Shown here one piece after another: positions 19,301 to 27,748 of a stretch of DNA of 62,628 nucleotides (position 1 is the first letter of the stretch; each line of letters opens with the position of its first letter). This DNA comes from an uncultured Candidatus Saccharibacteria bacterium (GTDB lineage Bacteria > Patescibacteriota > Saccharimonadia > Saccharimonadales > AWTP1-31). Position numbers and translations under genes: made by a program. Location: assembly GCA_964641545.1 (NCBI GenBank), contig CAZXLT010000004.1, positions 1 through 62,628 of the forward strand, in the 5' to 3' direction. The notes beneath the pieces were generated by a model. The model made no database searches, was not told the origin of the DNA, and saw nothing but the letters and a program-made list of their open reading frames with translations.

Positions 19301-21262
19301 CACGCCGAAACCACGCTTGGCGTTCACTCCGGTGATTGTAGCGGTAAGCTTATACCATCCTGGGCTGCTTGTTGAACTAAATGATGTGGTTAAGGATCTT
19401 CCGTTACTGTATAGTTCAGCATCACTGCTAGTAACTTGCGTACCATCTTTATAGACGTAAGCCTCAAGTTGATGTACGTCGGTGTTGCCAATGTTGATTG
19501 GCTGAGTCAATGTCCCACCTTGAGAATTATTCTGTATTACAAAAAGCGTGCTTGTAGTTGAGTTAGTAAAGAGCCCGCTTGCTATATCCTTTTTACCGTT
19601 GCCATCAATGTCGATAAATGTGAAGCTACGTATCGCTGAATTACCCGACAAGGGATCGTTCTGCTTGGTAAATGTACTATTGCCGTTATTCATAAATACC
19701 CTAATACTTGAGCTGTTGCCGGCAAGCGCAAAGTCTTGATAGCCATCCCCGTTAATGTCTGCGTGTTCGAATCTCTGCGCATTACCTATAGCAGTTGCAG
19801 ACTCGGTTGTGTCTGTTTGGCTGCCTATGCCACCAGAAGTGCCTTTAAATACGGTTAAGTAGTTTGTGAGATTGCCGGTTCCTCCGGTGCCAGAGTAACG
19901 AGGCAGTATTATATCGTCCTTACCGTCGTTATCAGTATCAAAAACATCTGCCGTATAGTTTTGCATGCCGCTTGTACCGCACGTTGTGAGCGTAACATTT
20001 TGTTTCGTCAGCGTGCCCGAGCCATCGTTGCTAAAATAATCAAAGGAGCACGTTGCATAAGCAGGGATAACAACCTCGTCTTTGCTATCTCCATTTAGGT
20101 CTCCAAGCGCTGGTCTCAACCCGACATTTAGCGCACTAGGTGTGTTTGTAAGCGCCAGTATGTTGGCCGCACCATTAAATGCTCCCGAACCAGTATTGAT
20201 AAAAGTGTAAAGACTAGCAATACCACTACAGGTAACTGCAATATCCAAATAAGTATCACTATTTATGCGACCTAGATCAATTCCGCATTGACGAATTCCC
20301 CCGGAGCCACTCTGAACAGTGTAGGTTGTAGACGTGGTAAAGCCTCCACTACCGTTGTTTAGAAACACGCTTATGTACTGTGCCGTCCAGTAGCTCACTA
20401 CCAAATCGGCAAATCCATCGTTGTTGAGGTCTGCGGCACGAATGTCCATTGGATTTGTTACTTGCCCGTTTAGTGTCGTGAAAGAACCAAGAGTACCATC
20501 GCTATTGGTGATAGCATAGGAGACGTTAGCCGTAGTGTTGCCATAATGTGCAATTGCAAGATCCTCGCGACCATCCCCATTAATGTCCCCTCCATCTTGG
20601 GCAAACGGATAAGTGCTCGCAGTGTTATATGTTGCGGTTTGTGTGAAGTGTTGCCCGTTTACGTTCGGTCCGGTGATCTTTGCTGAACCTGAGGCAGAGT
20701 AGCTCTGGGAGGTGTCATGACTATTACCAAAGCCGTTCCAGCCAGTAATATTGCTATCAAATGTTGAGTTGGTAAATTTGTTACTTTGTCTTGAAAGCTG
20801 AAGCTGGTTCGCGGTCGAGGTGTCAATATTGGTTGCGGCGTTGTATTGGTTTGTAGTGCTTGTGCCTGTGCCCTGATCCCAGTTTGTCTGCGCCCATGTG
20901 CTCGATGCAAAGACAGGACGGGTAAGTGCACCGATAACTATGCCACTAACTAGAAAAACATACACACCGAGTATTGCAAGGTGAACCACCTTGTGCCAAC
21001 GCCAGCCGTGCCATGTTCGGTACCAACTCCAACGTTCGATAATGTAGGCATGCGGGCGTTGAGCGGTATGATAATGGGCAACCTTTGCTCCCCTGATGAT
21101 AGGCTGGGATGTTTGTTTGGCAACATGAATTGTCCGCTTTGCAGCACGGTGTGTTGCCGTAACAGCTGTTTTAGCATGCTTAACTAGCCGCGGACCATGC
21201 GTATTAGCGGCATTCTTGAGGCGTCGTAGCCTCTGTTTTTTTGATGTTTGTTGCAGTGTCAT
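16358..21262 (-). CDS. Giant membrane-anchored surface protein with FG-GAP/VCBS repeats and C-terminal FN3-like domains
   Basis: N-terminal TM; repeated D(I/L)NGDG..D motifs; FN3-like modules (ATIRWSTDRNSD..GTSSGEY, LAAGTTYYFK). Confidence 0.8.
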   Translation of the reverse strand: MTLQQTSKKQRLRRLKNAANTHGPRLVKHAKTAVTATHRAAKRTIHVAKQTSQPIIRGAKVAHYHTAQRPHAYIIERWSWYRTWHGWRWHKVVHLAILGVYVFLVSGIVIGALTRPVFASSTWAQTNWDQGTGTSTTNQYNAATNIDTSTANQLQLSRQSNKFTNSTFDSNITGWNGFGNSHDTSQSYSASGSAKITGPNVNGQHFTQTATYNTASTYPFAQDGGDINGDGREDLAIAHYGNTTANVSYAITNSDGTLGSFTTLNGQVTNPMDIRAADLNNDGFADLVVSYWTAQYISVFLNNGSGGFTTSTTYTVQSGSGGIRQCGIDLGRINSDTYLDIAVTCSGIASLYTFINTGSGAFNGAANILALTNTPSALNVGLRPALGDLNGDSKDEVVIPAYATCSFDYFSNDGSGTLTKQNVTLTTCGTSGMQNYTADVFDTDNDGKDDIILPRYSGTGGTGNLTNYLTVFKGTSGGIGSQTDTTESATAIGNAQRFEHADINGDGYQDFALAGNSSSIRVFMNNGNSTFTKQNDPLSGNSAIRSFTFIDIDGNGKKDIASGLFTNSTTSTLFVIQNNSQGGTLTQPINIGNTDVHQLEAYVYKDGTQVTSSDAELYSNGRSLTTSFSSTSSPGWYKLTATITGVNAKRGFGVLAKQGKTIYVDNVSLYRYESSGYLTSAILDPGYGGDWGVLSYSTTIPGSTQVKVRTSSNSDMSGATAFGSCSAISSGADISNNSCVTDGYRYIQYEVTLTQSSGNTPVFTSFSLEYDAYDIIGPTTNASSLSMKKASGGASVSSNGWTNGASPYFEWTAGADNAGGSGLLGYCVYLGTDNTADPTTTKGLLGTSPVNNNSCPFIVSGTSLNLATAGLLQTALSTSSSPYYLRMLAVDVVGNVTDEPAAQFQFRFDNTPASNPGYVSAPSQFINTKTVTLTWPSSGTGAPADSNSGLAGLQYKINNSTWYGDSHTGDGDIDDLLSNDGSYTTISSPDFSNLEDGINTVYFRAWDNAGNVSTSYVSAAVKINTSGAPSEPQNVSASPTTNTTNSFAFEWNAPATFNTTTGEADKLRYCYTVNTTPTANNCTFTDEGVTELTAGAFATQPGANTFYVVAKDDFNAINYSSYASTTFTANTAAPGIPNNIDVADVSVKATSNWRLAVTWDAPSDAGAGINSYRIYRSTGGSYSQVGTSSSTSFVDGSLSQVQYSYKVKACDSANNCGAETSVASKTPTGKFTSPAGATSEPAVSAVTTKRATIRWSTDRNSDSKIAIGTSSGEYSQSEVGNSNQVTSHEISLDNLAAGTTYYFKAKWTDEDGNTGSSQEYSFKTAPAPVLKEVNTLAIGLSNATIQFTVKDAVKIDLNYGKSDSFGGIKSINTSSQQSTYDIDIDGIDDGTKYFYRLTMYDSEGGTYTSSIFSFTTPPRPQISNLRFQPISGEPTSTQKVTWETNVPTDATLQYGKIGSNGTNIQNSEIKTSHEIIIRSLQDESEYFLLAQSRDASGNLAVSDRQTFKTALDTRPPAISEVVIEPTVRGSGAEARGQIVVSWKTDEPSTSQVAFAEGSNVKTFNNRTAEDAQLTTEHLVIVSDLPPSKVYSISPESRDKARNLTAAPGQAAIIERASDSVLNIVLNTLRKAFGL

Positions 21263-21352
21263 TAACCCTCACTAATGCGTGCCGAAAAAGCTCACGTTTA
21301 GTATAGCAAAAAAAAGTCAGTTACAACAGGTTAATTCCAGGGGTATGACAAG

Positions 21353-21778
21353 TTATATGACGTCGAATGTGTTTTTTGCCTCCGCAAATGATTTTTTAAT
21401 GATTTTTTTGAGTACTTTTATGTCGATGTCGGCTAGTTTTTTGATATATAAACACGAAACACTCGTCTTATGTTTACCGAGTTTTTCCAATTCTTGCGTA
21501 AGGTTATTAAAGCCCGGCATCATGTAAAGCGTAAGACTTTGTTTGCGTGGAGAGAAGCCAGTCAACGGCCAGTCTCCTTCTTGACTACTGCGCTCAGACT
21601 TGTAGTGATACATGCCATAGCCGACAATTGCGGTTCCCCACATTGCGGGTTTCTCGCCGGTAATTTCTGCAAAGACCTTGAGCAATTCTTTGCAGTCAGC
21701 TCGTTTTGTATTGTCTGGGATGCTATTGATAAAATCTTCTACACTTGCATCGTTCTTGAGGGTTTTGAGTTCAGCCAT
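21353..21778 (-). CDS. DUF1801 (YdhG-like) domain protein
   Basis: MWGTAIVGYGMYHYK, GFSPRKQSLTLY, LGKHKTSVSCLYIKKL. Confidence 0.88.
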   Translation of the reverse strand: MAELKTLKNDASVEDFINSIPDNTKRADCKELLKVFAEITGEKPAMWGTAIVGYGMYHYKSERSSQEGDWPLTGFSPRKQSLTLYMMPGFNNLTQELEKLGKHKTSVSCLYIKKLADIDIKVLKKIIKKSFAEAKNTFDVI

Positions 21779-21850
21779 ACGGTTAGTATGCAGAATAAAA
21801 TAGTCACCGTCAAAGTGCTAGCTTGTTTACAAATTGTAGTCTTTGTCAAG

Positions 21851-22405
21851 CTATGCTGGGTCGGGTTTGGTGATCGCGGTCATAGTATGGTCCAGATCAG
21901 GCAGCGAACCATCGTCGCGCAGAGCCCTAAGCTCGCCTATATAGTCCCTGACGATATCACCAACGTGAGCAGGGAAGCCATATGCATACGGGTCGTACGC
22001 ATCATATTGCTTTTCTCCTCCGTTGGGACCATGTGTAACTTCTACTACTTCAGTTAAGACTGGCAGATGGAGTGTGCCTCTGCAGCAGCCTCGAGTTCCA
22101 GGTTCCGCTGGAACTATACCTGTAACACTATACGTGTCGAGCGTAAACCACTTGCCACGTTCTGTATACGAGCCATCTGGTCCATAGACGCCAGCGCTGG
22201 TACTAAATGCGCCAACAGGAATCGTTTCAGCAAATCTTCGTTCGAATTCAGCACTCGTTTTATGATTCCACCGAAATTGATCGCGCCCATCATATTCTCG
22301 TGCTGCCGCAACAATTGAGCCGCCTAATTCACCAATTAGCACGCGTGCATTTTGCTGCTGCATTTCGTGCAGAAGAGCTACTTGTTCACCAAAAGAAACT
22401 GACAT
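21851..22405 (-). CDS. Hypothetical protein
   Basis: Start placed at ATG 22405 (TGcTATAAT 7 nt upstream); the ORF track extends it to 22462. Confidence 0.6.
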   Translation of the reverse strand: MSVSFGEQVALLHEMQQQNARVLIGELGGSIVAAAREYDGRDQFRWNHKTSAEFERRFAETIPVGAFSTSAGVYGPDGSYTERGKWFTLDTYSVTGIVPAEPGTRGCCRGTLHLPVLTEVVEVTHGPNGGEKQYDAYDPYAYGFPAHVGDIVRDYIGELRALRDDGSLPDLDHTMTAITKPDPA

Positions 22406-22526
22406 GCTATATATTATAGCATAAGTATAAGAATTATGCAAGCATAAGAAGAGCCCTTGCACAAGGAATTTAAATGTAGGGGGTTAAGATCTTTAGTGTG
22501 CTGTTCGCGTTTTGTAAATACTCTAA

Positions 22527-23339
22527 CTATTGCGTGGTGCCCTGGGCGAATGCTGGGGTCATATCCTTCATCAAGCACCCGGCCGGATCTTGTTTGCTCG
22601 TGTCGTAAAGTTCGAGACCAGAGGCAGACTCCCACTCATTCTGCATGTCAACAAGCTGCTTTTCCCAGGATGCTTTTACTTCATTGTCCAGCAGTGCTGT
22701 GGGGCAAATGTGCGTATCGTCTTGACCATTCTTGTTTTTGTTCACCTGGAACTCAAATCTCAGCAGACCGTTATTTTGCCGTGCTGGTGAACCAAGTACT
22801 TGACCAACCTTAACCGCATCACCTTTTTTTACCTGCAAATCTACAAGATGATCATAGCCGATAATCCAGTTTGATTGTTCGTTCGTCATCAAAAACACTT
22901 CTGCGTCATTACTATCTGGCTGTTCTTTTATGAAGCCAACAATGCCATCTATAGCGGCGATAATTTTGGTGTTTTCCTTAACAGATGCAAACTCGAAGTT
23001 AGGGTTATGCCGCACGGGTGTTCCCGGCAATATATCACCAAAAACATAAAATCCCTTATGTCCACTTTCTTTAAATTCACGAGTAGCCTGGGTGTTAATG
23101 TCTACACTGTCAAGGTTTGTGATGCCCAGGTTTTGTATAACCAAATCAGCCTCGTTATCGCCAGATTTTGTTTGCTGATTATTGCCCCCATTTGCTGTCA
23201 CATCGTTTTTGTTATTATCCTGCTTGCTTTTAATAAATAAGCCTGCAAAAACAACAGCTCCAACGAGCAGCAGTACGATAATGACTTCGACGACGGAAAA
23301 TCCTTTTTGATTTTTTAATGTTTGTTGTAATTTATTCAT
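22527..23339 (-). CDS. Prepilin-leader protein with degenerate M23/LytM-like domain
   Basis: KG-FSVVEVIIVLLLVG type IV prepilin motif; AAIDGIV, YDHLVDLQVKKGDAVKVGQVLG M23-like core. Confidence 0.7.
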   Translation of the reverse strand: MNKLQQTLKNQKGFSVVEVIIVLLLVGAVVFAGLFIKSKQDNNKNDVTANGGNNQQTKSGDNEADLVIQNLGITNLDSVDINTQATREFKESGHKGFYVFGDILPGTPVRHNPNFEFASVKENTKIIAAIDGIVGFIKEQPDSNDAEVFLMTNEQSNWIIGYDHLVDLQVKKGDAVKVGQVLGSPARQNNGLLRFEFQVNKNKNGQDDTHICPTALLDNEVKASWEKQLVDMQNEWESASGLELYDTSKQDPAGCLMKDMTPAFAQGTTQ

Positions 23340-23473
23340 AGCCTAACAATACCGCAAATGGTTGAACACCTGCAAGCACAAAAGTCTTTCATTAAGTTTA
23401 CAATACCATTTTTGTGGGGTCCTAAAATTGGAAGGTCGCCCGGGATGCTATTGCAGCTATAAATAAGGATGTT

Positions 23474-23603
23474 CTATGTAGCCCGCGTTCGATTGCCACG
23501 TGGGTTGTGTTCGACCTCAGCCAATCCAAGTTTCTCTAACAATGTCGGTACGTACATCCCGAACCTCCCACGGAAATTCTTTTGTGCCTTTTTCTTGTGA
23601 CAT
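23474..23603 (-). pseudogene. Internally deleted, frameshifted remnant of a DUF6855-like gene
   Basis: Frame 1 MSQEKGTKEFPW joins out of frame to RGRFGMYVPTLLEKLGLAEVEHNPRGNRTRAT*; both match my recollection of the two ends of this family. Confidence 0.6.
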
Positions 23604-23628
23604 AACCTTTGCCTTCACGATATATAAT

Positions 23629-24063
23629 TTATTCGCTATTGAACGACTCTTTGTAGTTTGATCGAAATGCATTTGTAATCATTTCTTTAAGCACATCAAG
23701 ATCTACATCACTCAGAGATTTTATATACAGGCAGCCCTTGCCAACTTTATGAAGCCCAAGTTTTTTCAGCAATTCATTATTAGTTGTCATAAGGTCATAC
23801 ATCACAAGCCCATAAATAGTTAAGGCTTGCTTTCTAGGAGAAAAGCCAACTCGTAACGAGTCGCCTTCACGCCCCGACGGGTATTTGTAATGATAACTAC
23901 CATAACCAACTATGCTCGGACCCCACATAGCTGGCTCTTCGCCAGTACAATCTTTAAAAATTTCCAAGAGACGTAAACTATCTTGTTTCTTAGATTCACC
24001 TTCTACTGAATTTATGAAATCCAGGACGCTCGCGTTATTCTTCTGAGTTTTAAGCTCTGCCAT
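23629..24063 (-). CDS. DUF1801 (YdhG-like) domain protein, second paralogue
   Basis: MAELKTQKNN start, MWGPSIVGYGSYHYKY, GFSPRKQALTIY, GKGCLYIK; TACAAT 6 nt upstream of ATG 24063. Confidence 0.88.
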   Translation of the reverse strand: MAELKTQKNNASVLDFINSVEGESKKQDSLRLLEIFKDCTGEEPAMWGPSIVGYGSYHYKYPSGREGDSLRVGFSPRKQALTIYGLVMYDLMTTNNELLKKLGLHKVGKGCLYIKSLSDVDLDVLKEMITNAFRSNYKESFNSE

Positions 24064-24077
24064 ACTGTTATTGTAAC

Positions 24078-24103
24078 AAAAAACAGAGGCTGTTGCCTCT
24101 GTT
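24078..24103 (-). terminator. Intrinsic terminator distal to element B
   Basis: 9-bp stem aacagaggc/gcctctgtt with a 4-nt loop and a T-run on the minus strand. Confidence 0.75.
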
Positions 24104-24120
24104 CTAAGTATGACAAGGAT

Positions 24121-24286
24121 TGGAGGGCTACTGGGATCGCTTCGCTCTTTCGTTCTGTCATGCTCGAAGCAAGCTTCTGCGCGTGCCATCCATTTCACCG
24201 AACCCACTTTTGCCGTGAAAAGATCAGGGTTCTCGAATCCGGGGGCTACTATTAAAAAGACCCCAGACAAGCTGAGGACATTTCAA
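24121..24286 (-). repeat. tRNA-associated palindromic mini-element B, ending in a near copy of the tRNA-Lys 3' end
   Basis: Minus-strand TCCCAGTAGCCCTCCA (24136-24121) vs tRNA end TCCCAGTGGGCCCTCCA; 21/26 core identity with element A. Confidence 0.78.
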
Positions 24287-24363
24287 TGGAGGGCCCACTG
24301 GGACTCGAACCCAGGACACGTGGCTTAAGAGGCCACTGCTCTAACCAACTGAGCTATGGGCCC
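24287..24363 (-). tRNA. tRNA-Lys (anticodon CTT)
   Basis: Acceptor GGGCCCA/TGGGCCC, anticodon arm GTGGC-CT CTT AA-GCCAC, T-arm GGTTCGAGTCC, encoded CCA. Confidence 0.95.
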
Positions 24364-24422
24364 GGAATCGGGCTTAACCGAGAAATGTTAGCACACTACC
24401 CCTGTAAAAAGCAAGCGTTTTG

Positions 24423-25154
24423 CTAGTTCCTGAAACGCATTTCCAAGCGTTCAACAGGTGCGTACCAGCCTTGATCAAGCACATACGACTGGAATTTCTT
24501 ATCAACTCCAGTCATAACTGCCAGACCGACAACAATGAATAATGTTCCAATAATGCGTCGGAGTTTACCGTTTGGATCTGCCAATAAGCCAAGGCGGCGT
24601 GTGACTTTTTGGCCTAACAAGCCGATGAGCAGTAATGTTCCTGCCAGACCAAGTGCATACGTGATCAAATATACAAATCCTTGGGCAAATGACTTTGGCA
24701 AAATTATGGCAACTATCAAAGCGTATGTTGGGCTGCAACTGCTAAATACGGGCCCAAGTGATGCTCCTAGCAAAATATCTCCGGCATAACTATTTTTTTG
24801 AAAAGCTTTCCCGTAAGCTTTGTTTGATGCGGCATACAGTCCGGTTGCGAGCATGAATTTCTCCCACAAAATAGGGAAGACAATGCTAATCCCAAACAAT
24901 AGTACGATTCCACCCGAAACAATGCTCCAAAACATCTGTGGGATGCCCAACAAGGCTGTACTCGCCTTGAGGAGTAGTGAGAATACTATGACTGAAACAC
25001 CAAGACTGGCAGCAATAACTGGAGCGCGGTAGTTTCGCCTCTTTTTCTCGTCACCAAGACTTGCTCCGCCAACTACGATTGGAAGCAGAGGTAAAATACA
25101 CGGAGCGGCCACCGTTAAAACACCTGCAAAAAACGAGGCGATGAGTAACGTCAT
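24423..25154 (-). CDS. ccdA: Cytochrome c biogenesis CcdA / DsbD-like membrane disulfide reductase
   Basis: AGVLTVAAPCILPLLP and GPVFSSCSP redox cysteines; six TM helices. Confidence 0.88.
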   Translation of the reverse strand: MTLLIASFFAGVLTVAAPCILPLLPIVVGGASLGDEKKRRNYRAPVIAASLGVSVIVFSLLLKASTALLGIPQMFWSIVSGGIVLLFGISIVFPILWEKFMLATGLYAASNKAYGKAFQKNSYAGDILLGASLGPVFSSCSPTYALIVAIILPKSFAQGFVYLITYALGLAGTLLLIGLLGQKVTRRLGLLADPNGKLRRIIGTLFIVVGLAVMTGVDKKFQSYVLDQGWYAPVERLEMRFRN

Positions 25155-25639
25155 TGAAGTAAGTTTTTAACTACAGAATCCAGAGTTGGTTCTTCATATG
25201 CAACATACTTCTCGGCACTATTTGCGTTTTCATCTAGTTTTACGACGGTGGTTTGTATGGTTACGCCGAATTTTTGCCGAAGCGCTTGGTTAGTATCGTA
25301 GTCTACTTTAAAAATCGTTACACCTTGTGGTATATCGCTCGCCGTAATGCTTGCTTCAAGTTGCCGGCACTGCGGGCACCATGGGGCATGAAAAAACAAC
25401 AATCGTGTTCCGCTGGTTTGTTCTAACAAAGATTCATTGTAATCAACGTATTTTCCAGAGTCGGCTGGAATTGTCGCCGAACCGTTTGAGTCGGTTGGTT
25501 GTGTTGCCGCGGTCGGCATAGAAATGCCTTCGTCATTGATTCGATTCTTGACGGGCTTCGGTTTTGAGATTAGCCAAAGGCCACTAACTGCCACCACTAA
25601 AACCAGCATGCCCACTAGAAGTTTTACTGGCTTCGTCAT
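25151..25639 (-). CDS. Membrane-anchored thioredoxin
   Basis: FFHAPWCPQC motif, KVDYD, QTT; N-terminal TM; translationally coupled to ccdA. Confidence 0.88.
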   Translation of the reverse strand: MTKPVKLLVGMLVLVVAVSGLWLISKPKPVKNRINDEGISMPTAATQPTDSNGSATIPADSGKYVDYNESLLEQTSGTRLLFFHAPWCPQCRQLEASITASDIPQGVTIFKVDYDTNQALRQKFGVTIQTTVVKLDENANSAEKYVAYEEPTLDSVVKNLLQ

Positions 25640-25673
25640 TAGTCCCAGTATACCATCATGGCCTATGGTCAAA

Positions 25674-26831
25674 TTAGTCTATATTGAAGTCTGTACTGCT
25701 GTCGGGTGTTGGAGTGTAGTCAAGCGAGTCGGTGCTTGGATAACGAGTGTCGTAATCTTGTAGTGTTGGAGTAGTGGTATCGCCAAAACCCGATGAATTT
25801 CCAAGCTTGCTAAAAGTCGAAGCAATAAGCGCAACGTACGCTATAACTAGCACTACTAACAACACCATAATTCCGATATTGAGCCAGTTTGTCCAATGGA
25901 CCTTTGGTTTGGTTGCGCCACTAGCCTTTAGGGCTTTTAGGTCAAAGTAACGCGCTGTCATTGGTGCTTGACCAACGGCGGGCGTTAACAGGCCGATTCC
26001 ATTGCTTCCACCCGTAAGCATCCCCCCAGCGATAAAGGTTCCGATGATTTCTACAAAATGCCCAGAGGCAAGCTCTTTGCTGCGTTTCATGGCTGCGACA
26101 GGTCCAAGATTTTCGTCTAACATGGCAAGGTACGAGAACGACAACCAAACAGATGCAATAATGCCTGGGATGATGAATAGCACAAGCCCAACGCCGATGA
26201 TTAAAATCATTAACAGCGTAAGCAGAAATAGAGGCCAAAATTTCTTTGTTGCATCTGTAACAAGTTGCTTTGAGGTGACTGTTTGTTCTTGGTAGCTTCT
26301 GATTCCAAGTAGAGAAAATGCTCCGTTCGCGATGACACCAATAAACAACACCATAACTACTGAAAGTAGTGCGGATACAATAGGTGCCACTCTGCTAAAT
26401 AGTAGCGAGGCTAAGAAAAACGCGATTACTATCAGAATAATGAATAATCCCACTAGCAGCGAACTCATTGGATTAATTTTTAGAATTGTTACTACCCCTC
26501 GGAGGCTCGATTTGTACGGGTTAGACTCGTAGTCCGTCGTAGGGGAATGGTGCGCTTGTGGCGGCACAGGTTGTGCTGGAGCTGTAGGTGCTGCATATGT
26601 TTGGTGCTGCGAGTAATGAGCCTGGTGCTGAGAAGGTGGCGATGACGGAGAAACTGGCATTGGAGGTGGTGGAGTTGGAGAAGGAGGGTAGGGATCTTGC
26701 TGGGCTGGCGCCGTCATGGGTTGCGACACTGGGACCTCACCGTACGCATAGCCTTGCGGTTGCTGTGGGGGTAAATTTTGAGGCGTGGGCGATGCAGGGT
26801 CTAACGGGGTTTGATATGGGTCGTTGTTCAT
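25674..26831 (-). CDS. Membrane protein with Pro/Gln-rich N-terminus
   Basis: Low-complexity P/Q N-terminus, several TM helices, GLVLFIIPGII...A(M)KRSKEL motif common in a CPR membrane family. Confidence 0.7.
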   Translation of the reverse strand: MNNDPYQTPLDPASPTPQNLPPQQPQGYAYGEVPVSQPMTAPAQQDPYPPSPTPPPPMPVSPSSPPSQHQAHYSQHQTYAAPTAPAQPVPPQAHHSPTTDYESNPYKSSLRGVVTILKINPMSSLLVGLFIILIVIAFFLASLLFSRVAPIVSALLSVVMVLFIGVIANGAFSLLGIRSYQEQTVTSKQLVTDATKKFWPLFLLTLLMILIIGVGLVLFIIPGIIASVWLSFSYLAMLDENLGPVAAMKRSKELASGHFVEIIGTFIAGGMLTGGSNGIGLLTPAVGQAPMTARYFDLKALKASGATKPKVHWTNWLNIGIMVLLVVLVIAYVALIASTFSKLGNSSGFGDTTTPTLQDYDTRYPSTDSLDYTPTPDSSTDFNID

Positions 26832-26932
26832 AGCTTTCCTTATTAGGTAATTTACATTCAGCATAGCACAATGCTTACGCTAAAGAACTCACTCCATTTC
26901 ATACTCTGTTAATCATGATAAAATTAAGCTCA

Positions 26933-27748
26933 ATGAAACTATTAAACGGCAGAGAATTAGCAGGCTTTATCCAGGAACGTCAAGCACAGCAGGTACGCTC
27001 TTTGAAACAGGGGAGTAACGTGTCGCCAAAACTAGCAATTATTCGCACCAATCCTGACCCAGTTGTCGATAGCTACATGAAAATGAAGCAAAAATACGGT
27101 GACGAAATCGGCGTTGTTGTCGAGGTTCACACTATTGAGCAGTCACGAGCGCTCGATCAACTACAGCAACTCAACCAAGATGACTCAGTTCATGGAATCA
27201 TAGTACAAATTCCCCTTCCCGACCGCTCTCAGACGACGGAGATATTAAACGCAGTGTCGGCAAGTAAAGACGTAGATGGATTGGCGATAAATTCCGAGTT
27301 TGATCCTGCAACCCCGATGGCAATTAGCTGGTTGCTCGCCGGTTATAATATTGATCTTCAAGGAAAAAAACTCGTCATTGTTGGGCATGGGCAGTTGGTG
27401 GGCCGTCCCTTAAAACGTATGTGGGAACAATCTGGATTGAAGGTTGAGGTGGCAGATAAAACAGTACAGAATCTGGGCGAATTAACACGCAGGGCAGATG
27501 TGCTTGTGTGTGCGACAGGTGTCCCGGGTCTTATAACAAGTGACATGGTGAACCCCGAAGCAGTGATTGTTGACGCTGGCGTTGCCACCGACAGCAATGG
27601 TCTGATTGGTGACGTTGCAGCTAGCGTACGTGAACTACCGAACATTACCATCACCCCAGAAAAGGGTGGTGTTGGTCCACTTACTATTTGCGCTTTGTTC
27701 GAGAACGTAATTCACTCCGCAAGAAAGCAGGCACATGGCACTCGCTGA
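26933..27748 (+). CDS. folD: Bifunctional methylenetetrahydrofolate dehydrogenase/cyclohydrolase
   Basis: HGIIVQIPLP, KDVDGL, PATP, VGRP, DAG, ITPEKGGVGPLT; TGaTAAAAT 8 nt upstream favours ATG 26933. Confidence 0.93.
   Translation: MKLLNGRELAGFIQERQAQQVRSLKQGSNVSPKLAIIRTNPDPVVDSYMKMKQKYGDEIGVVVEVHTIEQSRALDQLQQLNQDDSVHGIIVQIPLPDRSQTTEILNAVSASKDVDGLAINSEFDPATPMAISWLLAGYNIDLQGKKLVIVGHGQLVGRPLKRMWEQSGLKVEVADKTVQNLGELTRRADVLVCATGVPGLITSDMVNPEAVIVDAGVATDSNGLIGDVAASVRELPNITITPEKGGVGPLTICALFENVIHSARKQAHGTR

Noticed and set aside
21470-22057. 195-aa plus-strand ORF and many other long antisense ORFs in the track
   Set aside because: They shadow well-supported genes on the opposite strand and have no recognisable motifs.
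24064-24270. 69-aa N-terminal extension of the second DUF1801 ORF
   Set aside because: It runs through a terminator and the tRNA-associated element. The paralogue's MAELKT start and the -10 box support ATG 24063.
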